A stretch of 64,000 nt of DNA from Opitutales bacterium (GTDB lineage Bacteria > Verrucomicrobiota > Verrucomicrobiia > Opitutales > UBA953). Both the position numbers and the translations under genes were made by a program. The stretch is taken from NCBI GenBank assembly GCA_044350605.1, contig JBILHF010000003.1, forward strand, positions 3,401 through 67,400, written 5' to 3'. Below are positions 18,414-26,213 of the stretch, in pieces (positions within the stretch are counted from its first letter, which is position 1; every line of letters starts with the position of its first letter). The notes beneath the pieces were generated by a model. That model saw nothing but the letters and a program-made list of their open reading frames with translations, made no database searches and was not told where the DNA came from.

Positions 18414-19991
18414 GTGGCCTCCTCCTTCGACCTCTACCGCCAGCAGCTCCTTAACTTCCCTGAACTCGGCGTCTCGCTCGACTTCAGCCGCGCGCCCGCG
18501 CCGGCGGGTTTCGCCGAGAAGATGGCGCCGGCCATCGCCAAGGCCTTCGCCGACATGGCCGCCTTGGAAAAGGGCGCCGTCGCCAACCCCGATGAGAAGC
18601 GCATGGTCGGCCACTACTGGCTGCGCGCTCCGGAACTCGCGCCCGACGCGAAGATCGCCGCCGAGGTGAAGGCGGCCGTCGAAGCCATCGCCGGTTTCGC
18701 CGCGCAGGTGCACGCGGGCCAGGTCAAAGGCTCCGCCGGCAAGTTCACCGACCTCCTTTGCATCGGCATCGGCGGCTCGGCCCTCGGCCCGCAGTTCGTG
18801 GCTGACGCGCTCGGCGGCAAGGCGGACAGACTCCGCGTCCACTTCATCGATAACACCGACCCCGACGGCATCGACCGCGTCTTCGACGCACTCGGCGGAC
18901 GCCTCGGCACCACGCTCGCGATCGTGACCTCGAAATCCGGCAGCACGCCGGAGCCCCGCAACGGGCAGCTCGAAGCCGCGCTCCGCTGGAAGCAGGCCGG
19001 CCTCTCCTTCGCCGCGCACGCCGTCGCCGTCACCGGCGAAGGCAGCCAGCTCGACCAAGTCGCCGTCACCGAAAAATGGCTCGCCCGCTTCCCGATGTGG
19101 GATTGGGTCGGCGGCCGCACGAGCGAGATCGGCCCGGTCGGACTCCTGCCGGCCGCCCTGCAAGGCCTCGACATCCATGGCCTGCTCGCCGGCGCGCGTG
19201 AGATGGACGCCTTGACCCGTGTCCCGGACGCCGCGCGGAATCCCGCCGCGGCGATGGCCCTGGCCTGGCATCACCTCACCGAAGGCCGCGGCTCCAAGGC
19301 CATGGTGGTGCTCCCCTACAAAGACCGCCTCCTGCTGTTCTCCCGCTACCTTCAGCAACTCGTCATGGAGTCGCTCGGCAAGGAGCACGACCTCCAAGGC
19401 CGCCAGGTCTTCCAAGGCCTGACCGTCTACGGCAACAAAGGATCGACCGACCAGCACGCCTACGTGCAGCAGCTCCGCGACGGTGTGAATAACTTTTTCG
19501 CCGTCTTCATCGAAGTCCTGAAGGACCGCGAAGGCGCCTCGCCCGAGGTCGAGCCCGGGGTGACCTCTGGCGACTACCTGCAAGCCTTCCTGCTCGGCAC
19601 CCGCGAAGCCCTTTCCGGCAGCGGTCGCGCCAATATCACCATCACCCTGCAGCAAGTGGACGCCCGGGCCATCGGCATGCTGATCGCGCTCTTCGAAAGG
19701 GCCGTGGGTCTCTACGCCAACCTCCTTGGCATCAACGCCTACCACCAGCCCGGCGTCGAAGCCGGTAAAAAGGCGGCCTCCGAGACCCTGAAAATCCGCG
19801 CCGCCGCCCTCGCCGCCTTGGCCAGATCCAAGGGCAAATGGTTCTCCGCACGGCAGGTTTGCGAGGAAATTGCTCTTGAGGGGCAGGAGGAATTGGTGTT
19901 CAAAGTACTCCTGCACGTTTCCGCCAACCCCGGTGCGATTACTCGACAGGATTCTCCTGACCCCGGGCTAACCCTCTTCCGTCACTCTTAA
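18414..19991 (+). CDS. pgi: Glucose-6-phosphate isomerase
   Basis: The product contains [11 protein letters not shown]...[10 protein letters not shown]...SKSGST.EP...GGRTSE, the PGI signatures. I chose the in-frame GTG at 18414 because the upstream part of ORF 18339.. overlaps the ilvD terminator. Confidence 0.9.
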   Translation: MASSFDLYRQQLLNFPELGVSLDFSRAPAPAGFAEKMAPAIAKAFADMAALEKGAVANPDEKRMVGHYWLRAPELAPDAKIAAEVKAAVEAIAGFAAQVHAGQVKGSAGKFTDLLCIGIGGSALGPQFVADALGGKADRLRVHFIDNTDPDGIDRVFDALGGRLGTTLAIVTSKSGSTPEPRNGQLEAALRWKQAGLSFAAHAVAVTGEGSQLDQVAVTEKWLARFPMWDWVGGRTSEIGPVGLLPAALQGLDIHGLLAGAREMDALTRVPDAARNPAAAMALAWHHLTEGRGSKAMVVLPYKDRLLLFSRYLQQLVMESLGKEHDLQGRQVFQGLTVYGNKGSTDQHAYVQQLRDGVNNFFAVFIEVLKDREGASPEVEPGVTSGDYLQAFLLGTREALSGSGRANITITLQQVDARAIGMLIALFERAVGLYANLLGINAYHQPGVEAGKKAASETLKIRAAALAALARSKGKWFSARQVCEEIALEGQEELVFKVLLHVSANPGAITRQDSPDPGLTLFRHS

Positions 19992-20008
19992 CCCCTCTCC
20001 CCTACCCC

Positions 20009-20950
20009 ATGAGCAAGAAACTTGATATCTTCGTCCGCATCCTCGCCATCGTCCTCGGGGCCCTTGCTCTCGCCGCTGGCTTCATGCTGAAAGGCAAGAT
20101 GGACGTCGCCCTGACCAACACCGCCTGGGCGGTCACCGACCCCGAAGTGAAGGCCGGCAAGGAATACGACGCCCGCATGACCTCCCTCGCCGGCGTGAAG
20201 GCCATCCTCGACGCCAAGCGCAAGGAGATCGAGGAAGCCAACCTCGCCAAGAAGGACCTCAACGCCACCGTCGCGGACAAGAACACCAAGATCGAAGGCC
20301 TCACCGCCGCCAACACCACCCTCGAAGGGGAGCGCGCCGAGCTCACCCGTAAGCGCGACGAACTCGCCGCCCAGCTGACCGACGCCAACAGCAAGAAGGA
20401 CGGCGCCGTCGCCGAACTCACCACCGTCAAGGAAGACCTCGTCCGCGCCACCGAAAAGGCCGCCGGCATGTTCACGAAGGAACAGCTCGCCGAGATCGAA
20501 GCCAAGGCCACCAAGGCCGAAGAACTCGCCGCCGCCCTTCGCGGCAAATACACCGCCCTGCACGCTTGGGCCGCCCGCGCCGCCGAGAACAACGCTCCGG
20601 GCGGCTTCCAGCGCGACCCCTTCGGTGAGCCCGCCAAGGAAGGCGATGCTCCCACCGCCGTCGCCGTGGCCGTCGAAGCCGGGACCGACTCCGTCCTGAC
20701 CAACGTCCTGGCCCTCGACGCCAAGTCGGGCATCGTCGCCTTCTCCGTCGGCGAAGCCATCGGTATCAAGGAAAAGGCCGTCTTCGACGTGAAGGTCGAC
20801 GGCAAGAAGATCGGTAAGGTCCAGATCACCTCCGTGAAAGGCTCCCTCTCTTACGGTCAGCTCCAGCCCGACAAGGACCTCGACCTCGGCGCGATCGCCA
20901 AGGCCTCCTCGGTCTCGCTGGTCCCCTCCACCAAACTCGCCAGCAAGTAA
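20009..20950 (+). CDS. Membrane-anchored coiled-coil protein with a C-terminal beta-rich domain (hypothetical)
   Basis: An N-terminal TM helix (IFVRILAIVLGALALAAGFML) is followed by ~170 aa of K/E/A-rich heptad-like sequence. The C-terminus reads VLALDAKSGIVAFSVGEAIGIKEKAVFDVKVDGKKIGKVQITSV. Codon usage is normal. I recognise no family. Confidence 0.65.
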   Translation: MSKKLDIFVRILAIVLGALALAAGFMLKGKMDVALTNTAWAVTDPEVKAGKEYDARMTSLAGVKAILDAKRKEIEEANLAKKDLNATVADKNTKIEGLTAANTTLEGERAELTRKRDELAAQLTDANSKKDGAVAELTTVKEDLVRATEKAAGMFTKEQLAEIEAKATKAEELAAALRGKYTALHAWAARAAENNAPGGFQRDPFGEPAKEGDAPTAVAVAVEAGTDSVLTNVLALDAKSGIVAFSVGEAIGIKEKAVFDVKVDGKKIGKVQITSVKGSLSYGQLQPDKDLDLGAIAKASSVSLVPSTKLASK

Positions 20951-20951
20951 G

Positions 20952-21122
20952 ATGTCCACCCGCCTCACCATCGCTCTCGCCCTCCTTGCCTGCCTCGGCG
21001 GCCTGGTCGGCTGCGAGACCGTCGAGAAGCCGGCCGACTCCATGCTACCTCAGTCTCAGCCTGCCAACTGGCAGGGCGGCCTCCCGGGCGTCACGACGCC
21101 TGGTTCCGGCTACCGCCGCTGA
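20952..21122 (+). CDS. Small lipoprotein, 56 aa (hypothetical; below the ORF-track cut-off)
   Basis: My own translation gives MSTRLTIALALLACLGGLVGCETVEKPADSMLPQSQPANWQGGLPGVTTPGSGYRR. It has a signal peptide plus lipobox L-V-G-C. It starts 1 nt after the previous stop, and its TGA overlaps the rsmI ATG (TGATG). Confidence 0.55.
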   Translation: MSTRLTIALALLACLGGLVGCETVEKPADSMLPQSQPANWQGGLPGVTTPGSGYRR

Positions 21123-21841
21123 TGACCGCCCGCGACGCAGGCGCCGACGGCCGCCCGGCCGGTCGGCTCTGGGTCGTGGCCACGCCTCTCGGCAACCTCG
21201 GTGACATCACCGCGCGCGCCCGTGAGGCCATCGCGGAGTGCGACCTGGTGGCCTGCGAAGACACGCGGGTGACCGGCGGCCTGCTCCGTCATCTCGACAT
21301 CTCCAAGCCGATGCTCGCCTACCACGAGCACAACGAGAAGGACGCGGCCGTCCTCATCGCCGACAAGGTCGCGGGCGGCGCCCGCATCGCCTTGATCACC
21401 GACGCCGGCACGCCCGGCATCAGCGACCCTGGTTTCCGCGTGACCCGCGAATGTCGTCGCCGCGGGCTCACCGTGACGCCCCTGCCCGGCCCCTGCGCCA
21501 TCGTCGCCCTGCTCTCCGCTTCAGGACTGCCGACCAACGCCTTCCGGTTCGTCGGCTTCCTGGCGCCGAAATCGGCCGCCCGCCGTCGCTTCCTCGAAGG
21601 CCTCAAGCCCGCGGACGAGACCGTCGTGCTGCACGAATCCTGTCACCGGATCGGCGACTTCCTCGACGAGATGCTGGAGATCCTCGGTCCCGCCCGGGTC
21701 GTCTGCGTCGGCCGCGAACTCACCAAACTGCACGAGACCATCCGCACCGCGCCGCTGGCCGAGCTGGTGCCGGCCTTGAAGAGCGGCTCGCTCAAGGGCG
21801 AGTTCACGGTGGCGATCGCGCCGGCCGACTTCGTCCTCTGA
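21122..21841 (+). CDS. rsmI: 16S rRNA (cytidine1402-2'-O)-methyltransferase
   Basis: The product contains LWVVATPLGNLGDITARAREAIAECDLVACEDTR...ITDAGTPGISDPG, a tetrapyrrole-methylase fold typical of RsmI. Confidence 0.9.
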   Translation: MTARDAGADGRPAGRLWVVATPLGNLGDITARAREAIAECDLVACEDTRVTGGLLRHLDISKPMLAYHEHNEKDAAVLIADKVAGGARIALITDAGTPGISDPGFRVTRECRRRGLTVTPLPGPCAIVALLSASGLPTNAFRFVGFLAPKSAARRRFLEGLKPADETVVLHESCHRIGDFLDEMLEILGPARVVCVGRELTKLHETIRTAPLAELVPALKSGSLKGEFTVAIAPADFVL

Positions 21842-21892
21842 CCCTTATCGCGGGTTGACCAGACGGGCGGTTCGACCGCATCCTAGCGGCCA

Positions 21893-22504
21893 ATGGCGGG
21901 TTTCGACGACAGTCTGGTCCGCGAGTATTTCGAGATGAACGGTTTCTTCGTGCGCCAGTCGCGGAAGTACGCCGTCCAATCCCGCCGGAAACGCGCCGAC
22001 GAAGAAGGCGACCTGCTGGTGATCAATCCGTCCCCGCGGCGCGGCGGCGAGACCCCGTTCCAGCTTTTCAGCTCCGACCTGCCGGGCCTGTCCGCCGCGG
22101 TCGTCGCGGTGAAAGCCTGGCACACGACGAAAGCCATCACGCCGACGATGATCAAGAAAGGCGACCTGTTGGAATTCGTCCGCAAGGAAGCCGTCGAAGC
22201 GGCCAAGGAGGCCTTCGCCGACCTCACGCCGACCGAGGGCCAGCCCCTCGCCAAGATCCTGGTGCTGCCGGGCATCCCGGCGACGGAACCGCAGCGCTCC
22301 GAAAGCATCACGCTGCTCCGGGAGAGCGGGGTGGACCATGTGCTGACCTTCCGGACCATCCTCGAGAACCTCGTCCAGGCGGTCGAATCGAACCAGAGCT
22401 ACGCCAAATCCGATACGTTGCAGTTGCTCCGCCTGCTCCGCGTCTACGATATGGTCAAGGCCGCCCAGCTTGAGTTGTTCGGCACCGCCCTCCCTCCGAA
22501 GTGA
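21893..22504 (+). CDS. Hypothetical cytoplasmic protein, 203 aa
   Basis: The ORF has normal codon bias, and its stop overlaps the lpxA GTG (GTGA). I recognise no family. It has a weak nuclease-fold-like pattern (E..GDLLVIN...VVAVKAW). Confidence 0.6.
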   Translation: MAGFDDSLVREYFEMNGFFVRQSRKYAVQSRRKRADEEGDLLVINPSPRRGGETPFQLFSSDLPGLSAAVVAVKAWHTTKAITPTMIKKGDLLEFVRKEAVEAAKEAFADLTPTEGQPLAKILVLPGIPATEPQRSESITLLRESGVDHVLTFRTILENLVQAVESNQSYAKSDTLQLLRLLRVYDMVKAAQLELFGTALPPK

Positions 22505-23280
22505 TCCATCCCTCCGCCCAGGTCCACCCTTCTGCCCGCCTCGCGCCCGACGTCGAGGTCGGACCGTTCGCGATCATCGAGGCCGGCTCGACGCTCGGAG
22601 CCGGCTGCCGCCTCGCGGCGCACGCGATCGTCAAAGCCCGCGCCCGCCTCGGCGCAGGCGTGCGCGTCGACCACTTCGCGGTCGTCGGCGGCGATCCGCA
22701 GGACCTTTCCTTCGACCCCACGACGGACTCCGGCACGGTCATCGGTGACCGCACGGTGATCCGTGAGCACGTCACGGTCCATCGCGCCACCAAGGCCGGC
22801 GAGAATACGGTCATCGGCGCCGATGGCCTCCTGATGGCCGGCAGCCACGTCGCCCACGACTGCGTGCTCGGCGACCACGTCATCCTCGCGAACGGTTGCA
22901 TGCTCGGCGGCCATGTCCACGTCGGCGACCGGGCTTTCGTCAGCGGCGGCGTCGCGGTCCACCAATTCTGCCGCATCGGCGGCGGAGCCCTCGTGTCGGG
23001 CAACGCCGTCATCACCGAGGACGTGCCGCCCAACGCCCTCGCGCACGGACGCAACCTCGTCGCCGGCCTCAACCTTGTCGGCCTCCGTCGCCGCGCGGTG
23101 CCGGTCGCGGCCGTCACGGAGATCAAGCGCGCCTACCACGCCGTCTACGCCACGCAGGGCGCCTGCCCAACGCTGGCGCAGGAGGCCTTGGCGACCGGCG
23201 CCTATGAGACCGCGGAAGCGCGTGACTTCCTGAACTTCTTCCTCGGCGGCAAGCGCGGCCGCTTCGCCTCGCCCGCATGA
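22501..23280 (+). CDS. lpxA: Acyl-ACP--UDP-N-acetylglucosamine O-acyltransferase
   Basis: The protein shows left-handed beta-helix hexapeptide repeats throughout: IHPSAQVHPSARLAPDVEVGPFAIIE...GSHVAHDCVLGDHVILANG. Confidence 0.9.
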   Translation: MIHPSAQVHPSARLAPDVEVGPFAIIEAGSTLGAGCRLAAHAIVKARARLGAGVRVDHFAVVGGDPQDLSFDPTTDSGTVIGDRTVIREHVTVHRATKAGENTVIGADGLLMAGSHVAHDCVLGDHVILANGCMLGGHVHVGDRAFVSGGVAVHQFCRIGGGALVSGNAVITEDVPPNALAHGRNLVAGLNLVGLRRRAVPVAAVTEIKRAYHAVYATQGACPTLAQEALATGAYETAEARDFLNFFLGGKRGRFASPA

Positions 23281-24179
23281 GCGCCCTGCCCATCGCCGTG
23301 ACCTGCGGAGATCCGGCCGGCGTCGGCCCGGAACTCCTCGCGGGCTGGCTGCAGGCCCATCCGGAGCAGGCCGACTCGGTGATGCCCATCGGCCCGGCCG
23401 ATTGGATCGCCTCGCTAGGTCGCGGCTTAGCCGTGGGGCCCGCGGATTTCATCACCCGTCCCGGCCAGCCTGACGACGCCGGGCAACTGATCGCAATCGA
23501 AGCGATGGAACTCGCCGCCCGCGGCACCACCGGCGGTCGCTTCGCCGCGGTCGTCACCGGACCGGTGAACAAGAAAGGCCTCGCCGGCGTCGGCTATGAT
23601 TTCCCGGGGCAGACCGAGTTCTTCGCCTCGCGCTGGAATGGCGAGCCGGTGATGGCGTTCGCCGGCGGCAAGATGACCGTCGGACTCGTCACTTGGCACA
23701 TCCCGCTCGCCGAAGTCCCTCGCGCCGTCACCGGAGCCGACATCCGTCGCACCGTCCTCGCGCTCATCGCCCTGCGCACGAAACTCGGCGACCGCCGTCC
23801 ACGGATCGCGGTTTGCGGCGTCAATCCGCATGCTGGCGAAGGCGGCCTGCTCGGCCAGGAAGACGACCGCATCATCCGACCCGCCGTCGAAGCCCTGCGC
23901 GCCGCCGGCCATGACGTCACTGGCCCGCTGCCGGGCGACACGGTCTTCCATCGCCACCTGCAGGGTGAATTCGACGCCGTCGCCGCGATCTACCACGACC
24001 AAGGCCTCGCGCCGCTGAAGGCCGTGGACTTCTCGACCTCCGCAAACCTCAGCCTCGGATTGCGCCACGTGCGCACGAGCCCTGACCACGGCACCGCCTA
24101 CGATCTCGCCGGACGAAACAAGGCGGACCGCGGCAGCTTCGACGCGGCGATGCGGCTCGCCCGCGTGCTTTCGGCCTGA
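23277..24179 (+). CDS. pdxA: 4-hydroxythreonine-4-phosphate dehydrogenase
   Basis: The product contains GDPAGVGPELL...TGPVNK...GVNPHAGEGG...IYHDQGL...RTSPDHGTAYDLAG. The ATG overlaps the lpxA stop. Confidence 0.92.
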   Translation: MSALPIAVTCGDPAGVGPELLAGWLQAHPEQADSVMPIGPADWIASLGRGLAVGPADFITRPGQPDDAGQLIAIEAMELAARGTTGGRFAAVVTGPVNKKGLAGVGYDFPGQTEFFASRWNGEPVMAFAGGKMTVGLVTWHIPLAEVPRAVTGADIRRTVLALIALRTKLGDRRPRIAVCGVNPHAGEGGLLGQEDDRIIRPAVEALRAAGHDVTGPLPGDTVFHRHLQGEFDAVAAIYHDQGLAPLKAVDFSTSANLSLGLRHVRTSPDHGTAYDLAGRNKADRGSFDAAMRLARVLSA

Positions 24180-24973
24180 TGCGCGCGCTCCTGCTCTGGC
24201 TGGCCACCTGCCTGACGCTGGACGCGGCCGGACCGCGCATCGCCAGCTACAGCCCGGGGGCGACGCAGACGTTGCTCGACCTCGGCTGCGCAGAGGAAAT
24301 CGTCATGGCGACCCGCTGGTGCCCGTTGCCGAAGGATCATCCGGCCGCGCGCGACGCGGACGTCTTCCTACCTGACCTCGAGCGGCTGCTGAAGACCCGG
24401 CCTGACCTCGTGATCCTCCCGCGCATGGCGAATCCTCTCTGGGCCGAGAAGTGCGCGCAGGCCGGCCTGCGCACGATCGTACTGCACGCGGAGGCTCGCA
24501 ATTCGGTGCGCAAGGACATCAGACTTCTCGGCGAGGCAACCGGACGCGGCCAAGCCGCCAGTGAAATCATCTTACGAATGGCGGGCGGCTCAGCGGCGCC
24601 GCCAAAGAAGATCATCGTCATCTGGGATGGCGTGATGGCCGGACCCGAAAGCTATCTCGCCGAGCCGCTGGCCCACGCGGCCCTCCGTTCGGGACTAAGT
24701 CAGGGGGCCTGGGTGAAGTTCGACTGGGAGTTGCTGGCGGCGGCCAAACCCGATGCCGTGATTTGGATTCAGAACGCCGAGACGAACGGGGCTATCGAAG
24801 CCCACCCCGAGAAAATCGCCGAAATGGGTCGGATTCCAGTGATCAAGGACCTCACTTGCGTCAATAAAGGGCATATCTATCAGACTAAAAGCGGTAGCAA
24901 CTGGTTGCCTGGCAGTGGTTTGCAAAAAATATTACCCGAACTTGGGAAACTACGCAAAGAGCTGCACCCCTAG
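24179..24973 (+). CDS. Periplasmic substrate-binding protein, BtuF / Fe-siderophore-binding-like
   Basis: A signal peptide is followed by RIASYSPGATQTLLDLGCAEEIV...LLKTRPDLVIL. The ATG overlaps the pdxA TGA. No permease or ATPase gene is adjacent. G+C drops towards the 3' end. Confidence 0.7.
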   Translation: MRALLLWLATCLTLDAAGPRIASYSPGATQTLLDLGCAEEIVMATRWCPLPKDHPAARDADVFLPDLERLLKTRPDLVILPRMANPLWAEKCAQAGLRTIVLHAEARNSVRKDIRLLGEATGRGQAASEIILRMAGGSAAPPKKIIVIWDGVMAGPESYLAEPLAHAALRSGLSQGAWVKFDWELLAAAKPDAVIWIQNAETNGAIEAHPEKIAEMGRIPVIKDLTCVNKGHIYQTKSGSNWLPGSGLQKILPELGKLRKELHP

Positions 24974-25047
24974 GGTAAATCATCACCGGGAATGCCCTCG
25001 GCCCGATTGACTTCATGCGAATAAAGACGACACTTCAAGTCCACACC

Positions 25048-25299
25048 ATGAACTCCAAGTTCCTCAAGTTCCTCGCCCTCACCGTCGGTCTTCTCGCCGT
25101 CACCGCTTCCTTCGTCAGCGCCGAAGAGAAGAAGGATGGCAAGTGCCCCTGCGAAAAGGAAAAGCCCAAGGCCTCCGTCGTCGCTGAAGAAAAGAAGGAC
25201 GGCAAGTGCCCCTGCGAAAAGGAAAAGCCCAAGGCTGTTGCCGGCGAAGAGAAGAAGGACGGCAAGTGCCCCTGCGAGAAGGAAAAGCCCAAGGCCTAA
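25048..25299 (+). CDS. Secreted Lys/Glu-rich mini-protein with three CPC repeats (83 aa precursor)
   Basis: The signal peptide MNSKFLKFLALTVGLLAVTASFVSA is followed by 3 copies of EEKKDGKCPCEKEKPKA, separated by SVVA and VAG linkers. A strong terminator follows. Confidence 0.75.
   Translation: MNSKFLKFLALTVGLLAVTASFVSAEEKKDGKCPCEKEKPKASVVAEEKKDGKCPCEKEKPKAVAGEEKKDGKCPCEKEKPKA
25123..25296 (+). repeat. In-frame tandem repeat: three 51-nt units with 12-nt and 9-nt linkers
   Basis: The units lie at 25123..25173, 25186..25236 and 25246..25296. Each reads gaaga(g/a)aagaagga(t/c)ggcaagtgcccctgcga(a/g)aaggaaaagcccaaggc(c/t). Differences are synonymous only. Confidence 0.95.
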
Positions 25300-25320
25300 C
25301 CTTCCCGCTCAGGCGATCAA

Positions 25321-25349
25321 AGGACGAACCAACCGGTTCGTCCTTTTTG
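25321..25349. terminator. Bidirectional terminator between the converging CPC-repeat gene and gmhB-like gene
   Basis: The hairpin AGGACGAACC-AACC-GGTTCGTCCT is followed by TTTTT on the + strand and preceded by an A-rich run that serves the - strand. Confidence 0.8.
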
Positions 25350-25354
25350 TTGGG

Positions 25355-25903
25355 CTAGAAAGCCAGCTTCAGCTCGGCCCGGACGAAAGCAGGGAAGTCG
25401 TCGTGCACCGCGAAGCCGCGGGCCGCGGCCTGCGCGAGCTCTTCGGACTTGGCGGCGCCGCTGCGCATCGCGCACGAACGAATGCCAGCATTGAGGCCGG
25501 CATCCCAATCCGTGACGCGGTCACCGGTCATCCAGCAGCGGGCCGGATCCAGCCCGTGCTCGGCGATTTTCTCGAGGATGAAGCGCGGGCTCGGTTTGCG
25601 ATAAAGGGAAGGCTCATCGGGCCGTTCCGGGGCGGCCTTGATCTCCAAGATGCCCGGCGCCGGCAGGGCGAGCAGTTCCAGCATACGCCGATTGCAGGCA
25701 TGGTATTGGTCCCAGGTGAAGATCCCGCGATTGATCCCGCTCTGGTTCGTGAGGATGAAGAGACGGTAACCGGCCCGCAGGCATGCCTCCAGGGCGGGTT
25801 TGACGCCCGGAATCAGCTCGATCTGCTCTTCCCGGCAGGTGTGGTGGTGGTCGCGAATCAGATTACCGTCGCGGTCCAGAAAAAGGGCGGGGTGGCCAGG
25901 CAT
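25355..25903 (-). CDS. gmhB: HAD-IIIA phosphatase, D-glycero-D-manno-heptose-1,7-bisphosphate phosphatase-like
   Basis: The internal start gives MPGHPALFLDRDGNLI...LFILTNQSGI.RG......RKP.P......WMTGDRVTD. The upstream 91 codons of ORF 25355..26176 overlap the rpmF promoter region and are discarded. Confidence 0.75.
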   Translation of the reverse strand: MPGHPALFLDRDGNLIRDHHHTCREEQIELIPGVKPALEACLRAGYRLFILTNQSGINRGIFTWDQYHACNRRMLELLALPAPGILEIKAAPERPDEPSLYRKPSPRFILEKIAEHGLDPARCWMTGDRVTDWDAGLNAGIRSCAMRSGAAKSEELAQAAARGFAVHDDFPAFVRAELKLAF

Positions 25904-26006
25904 CGCCCCAGCCAACCGAACTTGCCCACAATCGCAAGGGAATGGAAAGGGGGCTTGACCGAGGGGGCGGGAGGGGTAGAACCGACCCTCATCCAAGCGT
26001 AGAACC

Positions 26007-26186
26007 ATGGCCAACCCGAAACGTAAACAGTCCAAACGCCGCAGCCGACTCCGTCGTGGCGCCAACCAGTTCCGCGCCCCGAAACTCGTCAAGGATGCCG
26101 AATCCGGCGCCCTTCGTCGCTCCCACCGCGTCGACCCGACCACGGGTAAGTATCGCGGTCGCCAGGTCCTGGACACCGGAGCTTAA
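26007..26186 (+). CDS. rpmF: 50S ribosomal protein L32 (59 aa; below the ORF-track cut-off)
   Basis: My own translation gives MANPKRKQSKRRSRLRRGANQFRAPKLVKDAESGALRRSHRVDPTTGKYRGRQVLDTGA. The gene lies in the classical position upstream of plsX-fabH. Confidence 0.9.
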   Translation: MANPKRKQSKRRSRLRRGANQFRAPKLVKDAESGALRRSHRVDPTTGKYRGRQVLDTGA

Positions 26187-26213
26187 GCTCCACCCCGGGC
26201 TCAGCCCGATCTC

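Noticed and set aside
16582-19916. Two long minus-strand ORFs: 16582..18381 (599 aa) and 17871..19916 (681 aa).
   Set aside because: They are antisense to ilvD and pgi and show the same shadow-frame signature.
25123-25296. The tandem 51-nt repeats, considered as a possible CRISPR array or non-coding minisatellite.
   Set aside because: The spacers are only 12 and 9 nt. The units are in frame behind a signal peptide and end at a stop codon, and the differences between units are synonymous. This is a coding repeat.
25955-25982. A possible sigma-70-type promoter for rpmF: TTGACC, a 16-nt spacer, then TAGAAC.
   Set aside because: The -10 match is weak (the final T is missing), and the promoter consensus for this lineage is unknown to me. 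It is not supportable as a feature without TSS data.
25136-26002. A 288-aa + ORF spanning the repeat gene, the terminator and the gmhB region.
   Set aside because: It reads through a strong terminator hairpin and is antisense to a good HAD phosphatase. The frame is kept open by GC bias.
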